From contig JAAOXT010000017.1 in NCBI GenBank assembly GCA_018221045.1, positions 6,356 to 70,355 of the forward strand: a stretch of 64,000 nt of DNA, written 5' to 3'. The stretch comes from Nanobdellota archaeon (GTDB lineage Archaea; Nanobdellota; Nanobdellia; JAAOXT01). The position numbers and the translations under genes are program-made. The notes beneath the pieces are model-generated. The model had not been told where the DNA came from, did not search any database, and worked only from the letters and a program-made list of their open reading frames with translations. Positions 37,346 through 47,033 of the stretch are shown here, in pieces (positions within the stretch are counted from its first letter, which is position 1; the number at the start of each line of letters is the position of its first letter).

Positions 37346-37383
37346 GATGGGTCACCTCGCAAAACCTCCTAGGAATATTTTAT

Positions 37384-37995
37384 TTATTTCTTCATGGGTG
37401 TTTTTAAAAGTTTTGAAAACTTTTTTTTCAGTATTTTGGATAGTAAGAGGGATAATTTTTTGATTTCCGCGTAGGTTGGGAAAGAATTGTCAAGCACGTA
37501 GTGGTAAATGCTCTGGTCTTGCGCGTTCACCCCGTAAATTTTTTTGTATGTTTTCACGTCTGTTTTGTTTCTTCTTTTAACGTCCCGAAGGGCTTGTTTG
37601 AAGGGCTTGTTATCTCTTTTAGCGACTCTTACAGCGATTTCTTGTTCGTCTCCTTTGATGTAAATTCTTACTTGGGCGTGCGTGCCTGCAGTCCAACTGG
37701 TTATCCTGCCGTCCAGGACGACGCCTCCTTTTCTGGCGAGTTCGAGCATTTTTTTGTCGAGTTCTAAGTCCACTTTTGGGTTGCGGGTTGCCGAGAACTT
37801 TTCTAAAGTCATTCCTTCTTGTTTTGCTTTATCGCGGAACAGTTTTCCGGCTGTAACGTATTCGAGACCTGTTTCTTTGGCTAGGATTTGGGCTATCGTG
37901 GTTTTGCCAGATCCTGCGAGCCCGGACACTGTTATGGTTAGCGCTTCGTTTTTTGGACCGTCGAATTTCTCGAGTTTTTTGATGAAAGTTCCCAT
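37384..37995 (-). CDS. cmk: cytidylate kinase, archaeal type
   Basis: The P-loop 'GLAGSGKTTIAQILA' and the overall collinearity with archaeal putative Cmk (TIGR02173-like) support the call. The protein is 203 aa. Confidence 0.7.
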   Translation of the reverse strand: MGTFIKKLEKFDGPKNEALTITVSGLAGSGKTTIAQILAKETGLEYVTAGKLFRDKAKQEGMTLEKFSATRNPKVDLELDKKMLELARKGGVVLDGRITSWTAGTHAQVRIYIKGDEQEIAVRVAKRDNKPFKQALRDVKRRNKTDVKTYKKIYGVNAQDQSIYHYVLDNSFPTYAEIKKLSLLLSKILKKKFSKLLKTPMKK

Positions 37996-38085
37996 TTCTT
38001 TACTGGTTTAGAACATTTGTTGGTTAAATAATTTTATTCAAAAAGCTTAGACAAGATTTAAATTTTCCTTTTTAGTTCTTTTAAT

Positions 38086-38544
38086 TTATCTTGTAGTGTG
38101 TTTCTCGTCGTCTCTCTGGTACGAGTGCGTTTCTTTGTTCTTGAACCAGAGCTTTATTTCTTTTTTGGCGTCTTTCTGGTTGGCTGACGCGTGAACCAGG
38201 TTTTGACCCCTGATGAGGTAATGAGCGTAGTCTCCTCTTATCGTGCCTGGCAGGGCTTCTTCTGGCCGGGTGGTGCCAACAATTTTTCTGACAGCGCTTA
38301 TGGATTTTAGTCCTTCAACAACTATTGCGACGAGCGGTCCTTCTTCTATGAATGACGCGAGTTCTTGGAAGAAAGGTTTCTTAACGTGTTCTGCGTAATG
38401 CTGTTCGGTGAATTCTCTGTTGAGCCACACCATTTTCATGCCCACGATTTTAAGCCCTCTTTGCTCGAAGCGTTTGAGTATTTCCCCGACTAATCCTCTT
38501 TGGATGGCGTCAGGTTTCAGTAGTACGAGTGTTCTTTCAATCAT
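38086..38544 (-). CDS. ndk: nucleoside diphosphate kinase
   Basis: 'ERTLVLLKPDAIQRGLVGEIL...NLVHASAN' covers NDK motifs including the active-site His region. There is a short C-terminal extension. Confidence 0.85.
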   Translation of the reverse strand: MIERTLVLLKPDAIQRGLVGEILKRFEQRGLKIVGMKMVWLNREFTEQHYAEHVKKPFFQELASFIEEGPLVAIVVEGLKSISAVRKIVGTTRPEEALPGTIRGDYAHYLIRGQNLVHASANQKDAKKEIKLWFKNKETHSYQRDDEKHTTR

Positions 38545-38556
38545 TTTATTTTTCCA

Positions 38557-40014
38557 TCAGTATGCTTTCGCTATGTAAACGGTTTCTTTGGCTGGTTTGC
38601 CGCACACAACGCATTTTTTGAACTTGTTTTTCTCCCCACTTATTTTTTTGCCTCTAACCAGTCCACCCATTTTTTCTATTGTTTCAGCGCAACTCATGCC
38701 GTCAAGATTTATGCTGCAGAACCCTGTACAAGCTATCCTTCCAGCGTTCAAGGCGTCTTTAACGTCTTTGAGCGCACCAGTTTTTTTGACTAGGCTTGCA
38801 AACCTGCGAGCGTGCCTTTTTTTCAGTTTTGCAGTGTAATTTTTTGCTATATTGTTCACGTGTTCTTCCAGTTTTGTTTTCTTGACGAATTCTCTTTTGC
38901 CGTCTAGCCTGCTGACGATTGCTGCCTGTTTTTTCGCCAAGTCTTTTGGCCCTATCTCTATTCTGATTGGCACTCCTTTCATCTCCCAGTGGTTGAATTT
39001 TTCGCCTGGCGTTTTGTCGTCATTCCAATCCACTTTTGTGATGTACTTGTTTTCGAATAATTTTTTGATGTTTTCGCATTCTTTTCGAATTTTCTGTTCT
39101 TTTCCTTTGAAGGGTATGGGGATTATGACTATTTGAACAGGGGATAAGTCGAATGGCAGTATGAGTCCTTGGTCGTCGCCGAGAATGGCTATCATCGCCC
39201 CGTATATCCTGCTTATTGCTGGGCCGTAGCATGTGATGAACCCTAATCTTTTTTTTCCGTTTTTGTCTGTGAATGTCACGTTGAACGGTTTTGAAAAATT
39301 GGTTCCGAGTAAGTGCGTGCTTGGTAGTTGTATGACTTTGCCTGACTCGGTTAGCGCGTCCGCAGCGTAAGTGTGCACTGCTCCTGGAAAAGTGTCCCAT
39401 GCAGGTCTTTGAAAGAACATGATTGGTATCGCGAACTCTTCTTCTAGCAGTTTATGGGTTGTTCTCATGTCTTCATGGACTTGCGCCATGGCGTCTTTCA
39501 TGGTGGCGAACACGTTGTGAGCTTCTATCCAGTGGAATTCGCGTGCGCGGAGGAAGGGTCTGGTTGTTCCTTCATTTCTCCACACTTGGCATGACAGGTA
39601 GCGCTTGAACGGGAGGTCTTTGTAACTGCGAATCCAGAGCGAGTACATTTGGTAGAGCGCGGTTTCGCTTGTTGGTCTTAGCGCTAATCTTTCATCAAGC
39701 TTTTTTTTGCCTGCGTGCGTTATCCAGAACACTTCTGGCGAGAATCCTTCCACGTGTTCTGCTTCTAGTTTGAAGTTTCGTTCAGGTATCACTGAGGGCA
39801 TGGTGAGTGGTTCGTGCCCTAGTTTTTCCAGTTCTGCTTCGTACTTGCCGTACATTTTTTTGATTGTTCTCGTGGCCCATGGCATGTAGCACACGAATCC
39901 TTTGACGTTGTATCTAGTGTCAGCTAGTTCTGCTTTGTTTATTAGTTCTGTGTACCACTTGCTGAAATCTTTCTCTTTTTTAGATTGAATGCCTAATTCT
40001 TTTTTCTTCGCCAT
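38557..40014 (-). CDS. proS: prolyl-tRNA synthetase, archaeal/eukaryotic type
   Basis: Class-II motifs are present, with 'FHWIEAHNVFAT'. An anticodon-binding domain and a C-terminal zinc-binding domain ending '...CVVCGKPAKETVYIAKAY' follow. The protein is 485 aa. Confidence 0.85.
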   Translation of the reverse strand: MAKKKELGIQSKKEKDFSKWYTELINKAELADTRYNVKGFVCYMPWATRTIKKMYGKYEAELEKLGHEPLTMPSVIPERNFKLEAEHVEGFSPEVFWITHAGKKKLDERLALRPTSETALYQMYSLWIRSYKDLPFKRYLSCQVWRNEGTTRPFLRAREFHWIEAHNVFATMKDAMAQVHEDMRTTHKLLEEEFAIPIMFFQRPAWDTFPGAVHTYAADALTESGKVIQLPSTHLLGTNFSKPFNVTFTDKNGKKRLGFITCYGPAISRIYGAMIAILGDDQGLILPFDLSPVQIVIIPIPFKGKEQKIRKECENIKKLFENKYITKVDWNDDKTPGEKFNHWEMKGVPIRIEIGPKDLAKKQAAIVSRLDGKREFVKKTKLEEHVNNIAKNYTAKLKKRHARRFASLVKKTGALKDVKDALNAGRIACTGFCSINLDGMSCAETIEKMGGLVRGKKISGEKNKFKKCVVCGKPAKETVYIAKAY

Positions 40015-40084
40015 TATTCCAGATTACTCGTTCTTTTTGCTTAAAAAATGTTTTGATTGATTATAACAATTCTTATAAACAGTA

Positions 40085-40477
40085 TTGATTTTGGATTCTT
40101 TGATAATGGCTATTTTGTTGAAAACGAGTTCTAATGGTATTAATCGTTTCCGCGATGCTTTAGAAGAGAATGTTTGGACTGTCAGCAGTCCAGTCACTTT
40201 TCGTCTTAGCAGGTTCTGTTTCGCTGAAGAGGATAAGGAAGGCGTGGCTTACTGGCTTTTTGAGGCTTATAACATTTCTGGCGCGCCGCCCAAAGAAGCT
40301 TATCCTCCGAACAGGGAGCTTGTTTTAAGTTATTCTGAAGCCGTCAGCGATATCAGTAAACCTTTTGACCGGTTGCTTAACGATTTAGGTGTTAAGAGCT
40401 TAAAAACTATTGAAAATGGTTTAGGGGCTTTGGAAAAAGTTTTTTCAAAACTGTGTTCAAGAAGGTCAAAGCAATAA
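40085..40477 (+). CDS. hypothetical protein
   Basis: 130-aa ORF. Confidence 0.3.
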   Translation: MILDSLIMAILLKTSSNGINRFRDALEENVWTVSSPVTFRLSRFCFAEEDKEGVAYWLFEAYNISGAPPKEAYPPNRELVLSYSEAVSDISKPFDRLLNDLGVKSLKTIENGLGALEKVFSKLCSRRSKQ

Positions 40478-40542
40478 TCTTTTTAAATGATTACTTACCC
40501 TCTTTTAAAAAATCTTAATTTGAAAGGACGTGTTAATCGATA

Positions 40543-40923
40543 ATGGATTGTTCAGTGAAAATCGTTGTTTACGCTAAAAACAGTGGCAAAAAAGAATTCT
40601 TGCTCAGCAAGAATGAAAAAGGGTGGAGAATAATCCGAGGAACTGTTGATAGAAAGGAGCAGCCGTACACTGCTGGAATCAATGAAGCCAAAAAAGCCAC
40701 GGGCATTTCTGGTTTTAAGCGTTACGAGTATTTAGGCGAGATTCATTGGGATGATGGGCGAAGCTGGGACGACGTTTTCAGCATGTTCGTTGAAAAACAA
40801 GAAACTCGTCCAGGGAATGGTTATAAGGAACAGAGATGGGTGGGTTATGCTGAAGCGTTAGCCATGTTAACCCAGGAAAGTGATAAGAAGGTTTTAAGAA
40901 TGGTTAATTCAAAACCTGAGTAA
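40543..40923 (+). CDS. NUDIX-fold protein with a degenerate Nudix box
   Basis: 'RGTVDRKEQPYTAGINEAKKATG' aligns to the Nudix box, but the REUxEE glutamates are replaced by N..K. Confidence 0.4.
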   Translation: MDCSVKIVVYAKNSGKKEFLLSKNEKGWRIIRGTVDRKEQPYTAGINEAKKATGISGFKRYEYLGEIHWDDGRSWDDVFSMFVEKQETRPGNGYKEQRWVGYAEALAMLTQESDKKVLRMVNSKPE

Positions 40924-42253
40924 CTCGTTTTGAAAAAGGTTTTTTTAATAAGTGTTTTAATTTCTTGTAAGCCAGGACGAAAGGAGCTTTCTTTTTAATA
41001 TCCCAACCAGTGAGGTTGTCTAAGGTCAAATCATAATCAAGAATTGCTCTCACGAAAGGTTCTCCATAACCCGTTCTCCCTGCATAAAAACCTGAATTCT
41101 CGAAAGCGAACTGAGGGTTTTTAACAAGACTTGACAAACAGGACAGGTCTTCAACACCTGAAATCAAGTGGTCTAACAAGATTTCTCCCCATTCGTGATT
41201 AGGCGTGTCAGTGCAGGCGTGAGCGTAAACCCATTTCATATTCTTTACGCTTTCAAACAAAGTCCAGTCTTTTCTGTTTTCAAAATAGTTAATCCCTCTT
41301 TCAGTGAATTCAGGGTTTTGTTCCAAAAACTTTTGCGGAAAAACCTTGCCCAGGCCAAACTCGTTTTCTAGCAAGTTTAACGCAAGTTCTTGTTTCAGAG
41401 AAGGGTTGAAACAAGCTTTATCTCTTATTTTTTCAGCCTTGTGTTTCAGTTCTGAAACATCGTGGTTGAACAATGAAGACGCTCTTTGCCCTCCATAAGA
41501 ACTCGCGATAAGGGAAATGTCCTCTAATAATGATTCGTTTTCAAAAATATCTAAAATACTGTTTTGAAAATTTATCGTACCATCTGGTGAGAAGGAATCC
41601 ATAAATTGGTAAAAAGTCGATGTCAAAAAATTAATACCTGTTTTATAATAAATTTTAGTCAAACCAAATAATACTTCTGCAGTTCCGGACGCATATCCTT
41701 CACTCCTTGAATCAAATATGGATGAATCGGAGTCTTGAATTATTGGTAAAGTTATCAAACGAGAAAAAGCTTCGTCAAACATGTTTAAAGCACGAAAATC
41801 TGTTACTAAGATACTACCTTTCCTGCGAATCCTAAGTTGTTCTGAAATATTCATTTTCTCTTCAAAAAGAGATGTTAATTCTTCGCCTTTTTTCATTATT
41901 ACTTCCAATAAAGGTTTCATCTTAACATGCCCAAGAACCTCATGAACAAAAGATTTGTTTTCCCTAGGAAATCTTCCAGAACCGTTTCTTTCTGTTAATG
42001 ACAAATAACCTTTAAAAATAGTTCTTCCCTCTTCCAGAATTTCTCCTCTTCCAATAGTACCCCCTACAGCTCCCTCTTCAGAGCTTAAAAAACCGTCTGG
42101 AACAGTGTAAGCCCTAAAATCACTCTCAACAGGTTGAATCAGTGCCTCCCTGAACATGTAGTCCTGAATTCCTCGCATTCTTGACTCTGAAAAAATAATA
42201 GAGTCCTCTGTTGAAAAAACGCTTCCGTCACTAAATCGAAACTCTAAACTCAT
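40904..42253 (-). CDS. hypothetical protein (449 aa)
   Basis: Large ORF with no confident motif. The C-terminal 'HACTDTPNHEWGE' region is conserved-looking but unassigned. Confidence 0.4.
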   Translation of the reverse strand: MSLEFRFSDGSVFSTEDSIIFSESRMRGIQDYMFREALIQPVESDFRAYTVPDGFLSSEEGAVGGTIGRGEILEEGRTIFKGYLSLTERNGSGRFPRENKSFVHEVLGHVKMKPLLEVIMKKGEELTSLFEEKMNISEQLRIRRKGSILVTDFRALNMFDEAFSRLITLPIIQDSDSSIFDSRSEGYASGTAEVLFGLTKIYYKTGINFLTSTFYQFMDSFSPDGTINFQNSILDIFENESLLEDISLIASSYGGQRASSLFNHDVSELKHKAEKIRDKACFNPSLKQELALNLLENEFGLGKVFPQKFLEQNPEFTERGINYFENRKDWTLFESVKNMKWVYAHACTDTPNHEWGEILLDHLISGVEDLSCLSSLVKNPQFAFENSGFYAGRTGYGEPFVRAILDYDLTLDNLTGWDIKKKAPFVLAYKKLKHLLKKPFSKRVTQVLN

Positions 42254-42294
42254 AAAAAAACAGGAAAGAATTCTTTGTTTTAAACTTGTCGAAT

Positions 42295-43011
42295 TTAGAA
42301 TTTGATTAGTTCTTCTTGAAATTTTTCGAGCTCGTCGTAATCGCTTGAGTTCAAAACCACGAGGTGGTGCTGCTTGTTTTTAACCACGCGCTCAAAGAAA
42401 TCTTTATTCTTTTTCACGTCAGCCTTGTTAGCGAACACCAAGGTGGAGCGCGGAAGACTTACCTCAATGACTTTATCCTTGCTCTCCCTCCAACCAGACA
42501 AGTTTGAAGAATCAGTGAACAATTTTATTTTGTGCTCGTCGCAAGCACTTTTCAATTCAGTAATGCTGAAATCATTAACCCGGTAATGGTCTTGCGGGAG
42601 GGCGAGGTGCCAGCCCTTATTTGACAAGGCGCTGGCCTTGTTCAACACGTTTTTGAAAGAGTATAATTCGTAGCGGTGAACGACTTGCTTGCCTTCCTTA
42701 TCTGTTACTACGCCTGACTTCAAGAGATTGATTGACGTGTTGTTTGTCTTCAAGTTTTTTCTAAGCGTTTCCACTTCATCGAAAATCATGTCAACGTCTA
42801 AGTCAATTGGTATGTTGATCGTCAAAGAGTATTGGATTCCGTGCTTTTTTCTCAGATGGTTGAAAGATTCTAGGTTGTGCAAAACGTATTTCAGTCCTTG
42901 GACTCCTAGGTTCAGGTTAACGTTCTTAAAATCCTTAAACCCTGGGATGATTTCCTCATGCTTCAGCAAATCTTTCCCTTTAAGCTGAGCTGAAATCCCT
43001 ATTATCATCAA
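42295..43011 (-). CDS. hypothetical protein (238 aa)
   Basis: ORF co-oriented with 40904..42253 and 42 nt from it. Confidence 0.4.
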   Translation of the reverse strand: MMIIGISAQLKGKDLLKHEEIIPGFKDFKNVNLNLGVQGLKYVLHNLESFNHLRKKHGIQYSLTINIPIDLDVDMIFDEVETLRKNLKTNNTSINLLKSGVVTDKEGKQVVHRYELYSFKNVLNKASALSNKGWHLALPQDHYRVNDFSITELKSACDEHKIKLFTDSSNLSGWRESKDKVIEVSLPRSTLVFANKADVKKNKDFFERVVKNKQHHLVVLNSSDYDELEKFQEELIKF

Positions 43012-43065
43012 AAAATAGGAAACGCGACTGGTTTAATAAGCTTTTTGCAACTCCAACGCAAGAAT

Positions 43066-43230
43066 TCATTCTTTTTTTTTCTTAGTGACCCATTTGACTT
43101 TTAAAGGCTTCCTAATCTTAGCGTTGCGCTCACACTTTTTAGAACAATAAGGTATTGTCTTACCATCATTTTTTAGTAGCGTGACTCCAGTGCCTTTTTT
43201 TATGGTTTTTCCGCAAAAACTGCATTTCAT
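43066..43230 (-). CDS. rpl24e: ribosomal protein L24e (54 aa; below the ORF-track cutoff)
   Basis: The minus-strand translation is MKCSFCGKTIKKGTGVTLLKNDGKTIPYCSKKCERNAKIRKPLKVKWVTKKKKE*. It has the L24e C4 zinc-ribbon pattern CxxC...CxxxC. Confidence 0.8.
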   Translation of the reverse strand: MKCSFCGKTIKKGTGVTLLKNDGKTIPYCSKKCERNAKIRKPLKVKWVTKKKKE

Positions 43231-43237
43231 TTTTTTT

Positions 43238-43507
43238 TTATTTTCCTTTGTAAACTTTGAATAACTTTTCTTTAAAAGCTTTCTCGGCTATCTCCAAAGT
43301 TTTCTTTTTCAACTCTTTTTTAGGGATTGGTTCAGCGACAAAAACTTCGTCTTTTTTTATTACGAAAACTTTTTCGCCGAGCACGACTTGAAAACACCCT
43401 TCCTTTGTTGAGAAAGAGTATCCTTCGGCTACGCGTCGCGAAACTTTTTTCATCACATCATCCACTTCTTTAGGTTTCGCCTGTCTTAAGCGGTAATGTT
43501 TGATCAT
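43238..43507 (-). CDS. hypothetical small protein inserted between S28e and L24e
   Basis: 89-aa ORF. Its start overlaps the S28e stop. Confidence 0.45.
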   Translation of the reverse strand: MIKHYRLRQAKPKEVDDVMKKVSRRVAEGYSFSTKEGCFQVVLGEKVFVIKKDEVFVAEPIPKKELKKKTLEIAEKAFKEKLFKVYKGK

Positions 43508-43794
43508 CTTCTCCTGCCAGTTAGCGCGCCGGCCTCGAATTCCGTGTTCCTGAGTAATAGTATGTCCTCAATCCTTACTGGACCTTTAACGTTTCTGCGC
43601 ATAACCTTGCCTTGGTCCTTGCCCGCCAAGATCTTGCACCTAACTTGAGTGACTTCTCCTCGAACCCCTGTTCTGCCAATGATTTCTATCACTTTTGCTG
43701 GAAAAGAACCGTCGTATTCCTCAAACTCTTCTGCTTCGGGTTTTATAATCTCTTTTTCAACTTCTTTTTTGACTTCTTTTTCGATTTTTGGCAT
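43504..43794 (-). CDS. rps28e: ribosomal protein S28e
   Basis: '[49 protein letters not shown]' matches S28e. An acidic N-terminal extension precedes it. Confidence 0.85.
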   Translation of the reverse strand: MPKIEKEVKKEVEKEIIKPEAEEFEEYDGSFPAKVIEIIGRTGVRGEVTQVRCKILAGKDQGKVMRRNVKGPVRIEDILLLRNTEFEAGALTGRRR

Positions 43795-43812
43795 TTACTT
43801 GTTCTCCTACAC

Positions 43813-44163
43813 TCATTTTTTAAGCGCTTGAAGTCTGGTTTCAAGTTCTTTCAATCTTTTTTTTGCCTCGCCAGCTTCCATTAGCGCTACTGCAGCGCAA
43901 GGAACTTCTATTCCGCAAGCATTGCCTATCTCGTCTTTGGTGCTGCCTTTAACGCATAGAATGTCTTTTTCCTCGCACAAAGGGTCTAAGTGCATTACTA
44001 TTTCTGGCGGGTCAATGTCGTTGGCCACGACCACTAGTTTAGCTTGTCCTCTTTCAACCACTTTCGTGACTTCGTTAACACCTTTTTTAATCTTGCCGCC
44101 AGAGTTCCTGGCTATCTCAATTATTTCGAGTGATTGTTCCAAAAGTTCTTTCGGTACTTCCAT
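43813..44163 (-). CDS. rpl7ae: ribosomal protein L7Ae (K-turn binding)
   Basis: 'GKIKKGVNEVTKVVERGQAKLVVVANDIDPPEIVMHLDPLCEEKDI' matches L7Ae/L30e. A C-terminal tail of about 20 aa follows. Confidence 0.85.
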   Translation of the reverse strand: MEVPKELLEQSLEIIEIARNSGGKIKKGVNEVTKVVERGQAKLVVVANDIDPPEIVMHLDPLCEEKDILCVKGSTKDEIGNACGIEVPCAAVALMEAGEAKKRLKELETRLQALKK

Positions 44164-44292
44164 TATTTTTATTCACCTCAAATCTTAAATCGATTCACGA
44201 AGATTTTTTTTTTCTATTCGAAGAAAAGCAAACCTCGAAAACGACTTCTCATTGGTTTTTTTTACTTAAACCTCTCCCTCCTTTTATAAAAC

Positions 44293-44571
44293 TTATGGTG
44301 TCTTCTCTTCTTCTTTTAGGCCGTACAAAAACAGTTTTATCATGAAGAAACCGATTATCGCGCCAGCGAAAGTGAAGATGATGTAAGGGAATGTCGTGTC
44401 AAAAATGAACTTCAAAGTGAATGGCCACTCGTAAAAACTGTGATGGATGTCGAAAAAGAATACGAATAAGAATGATAGTGTGGCGGGAATGAACAGGAAA
44501 ATCGCGTCAGCAATTAACTCTTCTTTCATGATTTTAGACTTCCTCACTTTTCTTAAACGCTTCCTCATCAA
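44293..44571 (-). CDS. small membrane protein
   Basis: 92 aa with two or three predicted TM helices. Confidence 0.35.
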   Translation of the reverse strand: MMRKRLRKVRKSKIMKEELIADAIFLFIPATLSFLFVFFFDIHHSFYEWPFTLKFIFDTTFPYIIFTFAGAIIGFFMIKLFLYGLKEEEKTP

Positions 44572-44637
44572 GGACTAATTAAACAATCACTTATTAAAAA
44601 AGTTTTATAAAACCTTTAGGACAAAGTTAAACTCTAA

Positions 44638-45333
44638 ATGAAGGTTGTGATTCTTGCTGCTGGCAAAGGAACTCGAATGCTTCCCTTAACCAAGGATAAG
44701 CCTAAGCATTTCATAAAAATCAAAGGCAAACCCTTCCTGCACTACCTTCTCTCTGACTTAAAGACGGCGGGTTACAACGATTTCGGGATAGTGGTGAACT
44801 ACCAAAAAAAGGTGTTCGAAGAATACGCGAAAACTTGCGAGTTCAACATAACCGTAATCAAACAGGAAAAAACGCTGGGCACAGGGGACGCCGTGAAAAG
44901 CGCTAAAAAATTTGTGAACTGTGGGGAATTCGTGGTCGTGATGGGGGACAATCTTTACAGTCCAGAAGACTTGAAAAAACTAAACAAAAAAGACAATTAT
45001 TGTTATGTTGCGGGCAAGAAAAACGAGCGCCCAGAACTGTACGGCGTGCTTGTCGAGGAACACGAAAACCTAAAAAGAATTATTGAAAAACCCCAAAAAT
45101 TTGTTGGAGACCTGGTTAACGTCGGGTTATACAAGTTCACGCCAAAAATATTCGACGCCCTGAACAAGACTGGTTTGTCTCCGCGCGGCGAGTACGAGAT
45201 AACAAGTGCAATAAACGTTTTGGCAGAACAAAATTTGGTAAAGGTTGTCAGGATGAATGGTTATTGGCTTGACTTCGGCAAGCCCGAAGACGTTGAAAAA
45301 ATAGAGCGTTTTCTTAACCGTGCGAATAAATGA
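44638..45333 (+). CDS. sugar-phosphate nucleotidyltransferase
   Basis: The N-terminal 'MKVVILAAGKGTRMLPLTKDKPK' is the NTP-transferase signature. The protein is 231 aa. Confidence 0.75.
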   Translation: MKVVILAAGKGTRMLPLTKDKPKHFIKIKGKPFLHYLLSDLKTAGYNDFGIVVNYQKKVFEEYAKTCEFNITVIKQEKTLGTGDAVKSAKKFVNCGEFVVVMGDNLYSPEDLKKLNKKDNYCYVAGKKNERPELYGVLVEEHENLKRIIEKPQKFVGDLVNVGLYKFTPKIFDALNKTGLSPRGEYEITSAINVLAEQNLVKVVRMNGYWLDFGKPEDVEKIERFLNRANK

Positions 45334-46996
45334 AAACGTTCTTCCCGTCTTTACAGCAGAAACCATACCTCTCGAATTGAACAATGCTCCCAACCTTAAT
45401 TTTTTTGACGCTGGGCTCTGCCAAACACTTTTCTTCGCGAAGCTTGCTTTTCATGTTCAACTCCTCCTTAACCAGTAATGGTTCGCAGTGAATCACTGTG
45501 ACCTCAACCGCGTCAGGAGTGACCCACTGAACTTTCTTAGATTCCTTAATTAGTTCTTGGCCAGCGTAAACCCATGAACCTCCTTCTTTCTTTATGTTGT
45601 ACAAGTCTTTCAAACGAATAACTTCTCCTTTCCCAACTTTCAGGTCTTGCTTGTCAACGTAGAACACTCCGCTCGTCTTTATTTTTCTTGAACCCATTTT
45701 TTTGATTGTAGGATGGTTCGGGATCACCGCAGTCTTTTTTGGAGCGTTTTTGACAATGATTTTCTTCGGGTTCGGGACCAAGAATTTTCTAAGCGTTTTA
45801 TCGTTTAACACTCGCCTATTCAGTGAATAAAAAAAGTTTATGTCTATTTTTCCTTTAGCTTTCGATATCCCTACTTCATAGCACAGGGCTGCAAAAGTTT
45901 CCGGCACAATCCCTCTTCTCTTCATCCCAACTATCGTGGCCATTCTAGGGTCATCCCAGCCCGTCACTACTCCATCCTCAACTAATTTGCGGGCGTCTCT
46001 TCCTTTAACAACAGCTCCTGTTATGCTGAACCTGCCGTATTCAACGTAGGTAGGTGTTTTGAAGCCCATTTCTTCTATGAGTTTTTTCTGAAGGTTGGTG
46101 GCGAACTCGTTAGTCCTGATGACGTGAGTCATTTTTTCAAAGCCGTCTTCGAACGCTGCTGCGAAATCGTATGAGGGCCAAACCCTATACTTTTTTTTGG
46201 TCAGCGCGTGCGGGCGAGTGATTATTCTGAACATGGTTGGGTCGCGCAGTGAAGCGTCCTTGTCTTTCATGTTTCCTTTAAACCTGACAATAGCGTTTCC
46301 TTCCCGCGTGTCAGCGAGCATTTTTTTCCAGAGCTCAAAGTTTTTTTTAACGTGGTTGCGCCTGCAATCACAATCTTCTTTATCCCACCTGTTTTTCTTT
46401 ATTTTTTCTCGAGTGCAAATGCAAACGTAAGCCTTGCCTTTTTTCATGAGTTCTTCCAGTTTATCGTAATAAAGAGTTAATCGTTTTGATTGGATTATTT
46501 CTTTGGAGTAATTGACGCCCAGCCACTTCAAATCGTCGCGAATGGGTTGGTAAAACTCTTTCTTAGCCGTTAAAGGGTTCGTATCTTCTAATCTGAGAAC
46601 AGTTTTTCCTTTGTATTGTTTGGCGTATAAATGGTTGCGCATGAAAGAAATGGCGTGGCCCACGTGCAAGTACTTCTCCACCCCTGGAGGGATGCGGGTC
46701 TTAAATTTTCCAACAACTATGTTGGGCAGGGGCGAAAGCCTTTTCTCCTCGACCCGCTTATCTAGCGCGCGAGAGTCTAGTTTGAGCAATTCTTCTTTTT
46801 GCTTTTCCAAACTCCAACTGCCTACTTTCTTGACTGTTTTTTGGATTAGTGGCAAGAATTTTTTTAGTTCGTGCTTGAGGTTCGGGTGCGCGCCGAGGAA
46901 GCCTGATATCACTGATCCTATCGCTGGCTTGCCTTTATGCGCTACCGCGTTCTTCAAAGCGTACTTGAGAATTGTTTTCTCTTCTTCGCCCACCAT
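45314..46996 (-). CDS. gltX: glutamyl-tRNA synthetase (archaeal/eukaryotic-type class I)
   Basis: 'RLEDTNP' and 'YLHVGHAISF' form the HIGH region, and a 'KMSKS'-like motif is present. The protein is 560 aa. Confidence 0.85.
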   Translation of the reverse strand: MVGEEEKTILKYALKNAVAHKGKPAIGSVISGFLGAHPNLKHELKKFLPLIQKTVKKVGSWSLEKQKEELLKLDSRALDKRVEEKRLSPLPNIVVGKFKTRIPPGVEKYLHVGHAISFMRNHLYAKQYKGKTVLRLEDTNPLTAKKEFYQPIRDDLKWLGVNYSKEIIQSKRLTLYYDKLEELMKKGKAYVCICTREKIKKNRWDKEDCDCRRNHVKKNFELWKKMLADTREGNAIVRFKGNMKDKDASLRDPTMFRIITRPHALTKKKYRVWPSYDFAAAFEDGFEKMTHVIRTNEFATNLQKKLIEEMGFKTPTYVEYGRFSITGAVVKGRDARKLVEDGVVTGWDDPRMATIVGMKRRGIVPETFAALCYEVGISKAKGKIDINFFYSLNRRVLNDKTLRKFLVPNPKKIIVKNAPKKTAVIPNHPTIKKMGSRKIKTSGVFYVDKQDLKVGKGEVIRLKDLYNIKKEGGSWVYAGQELIKESKKVQWVTPDAVEVTVIHCEPLLVKEELNMKSKLREEKCLAEPSVKKIKVGSIVQFERYGFCCKDGKNVFIYSHG

Positions 46997-47033
46997 TTAC
47001 TTTATTCTTTACTAAATGGTGGGTTAAAAAAGT

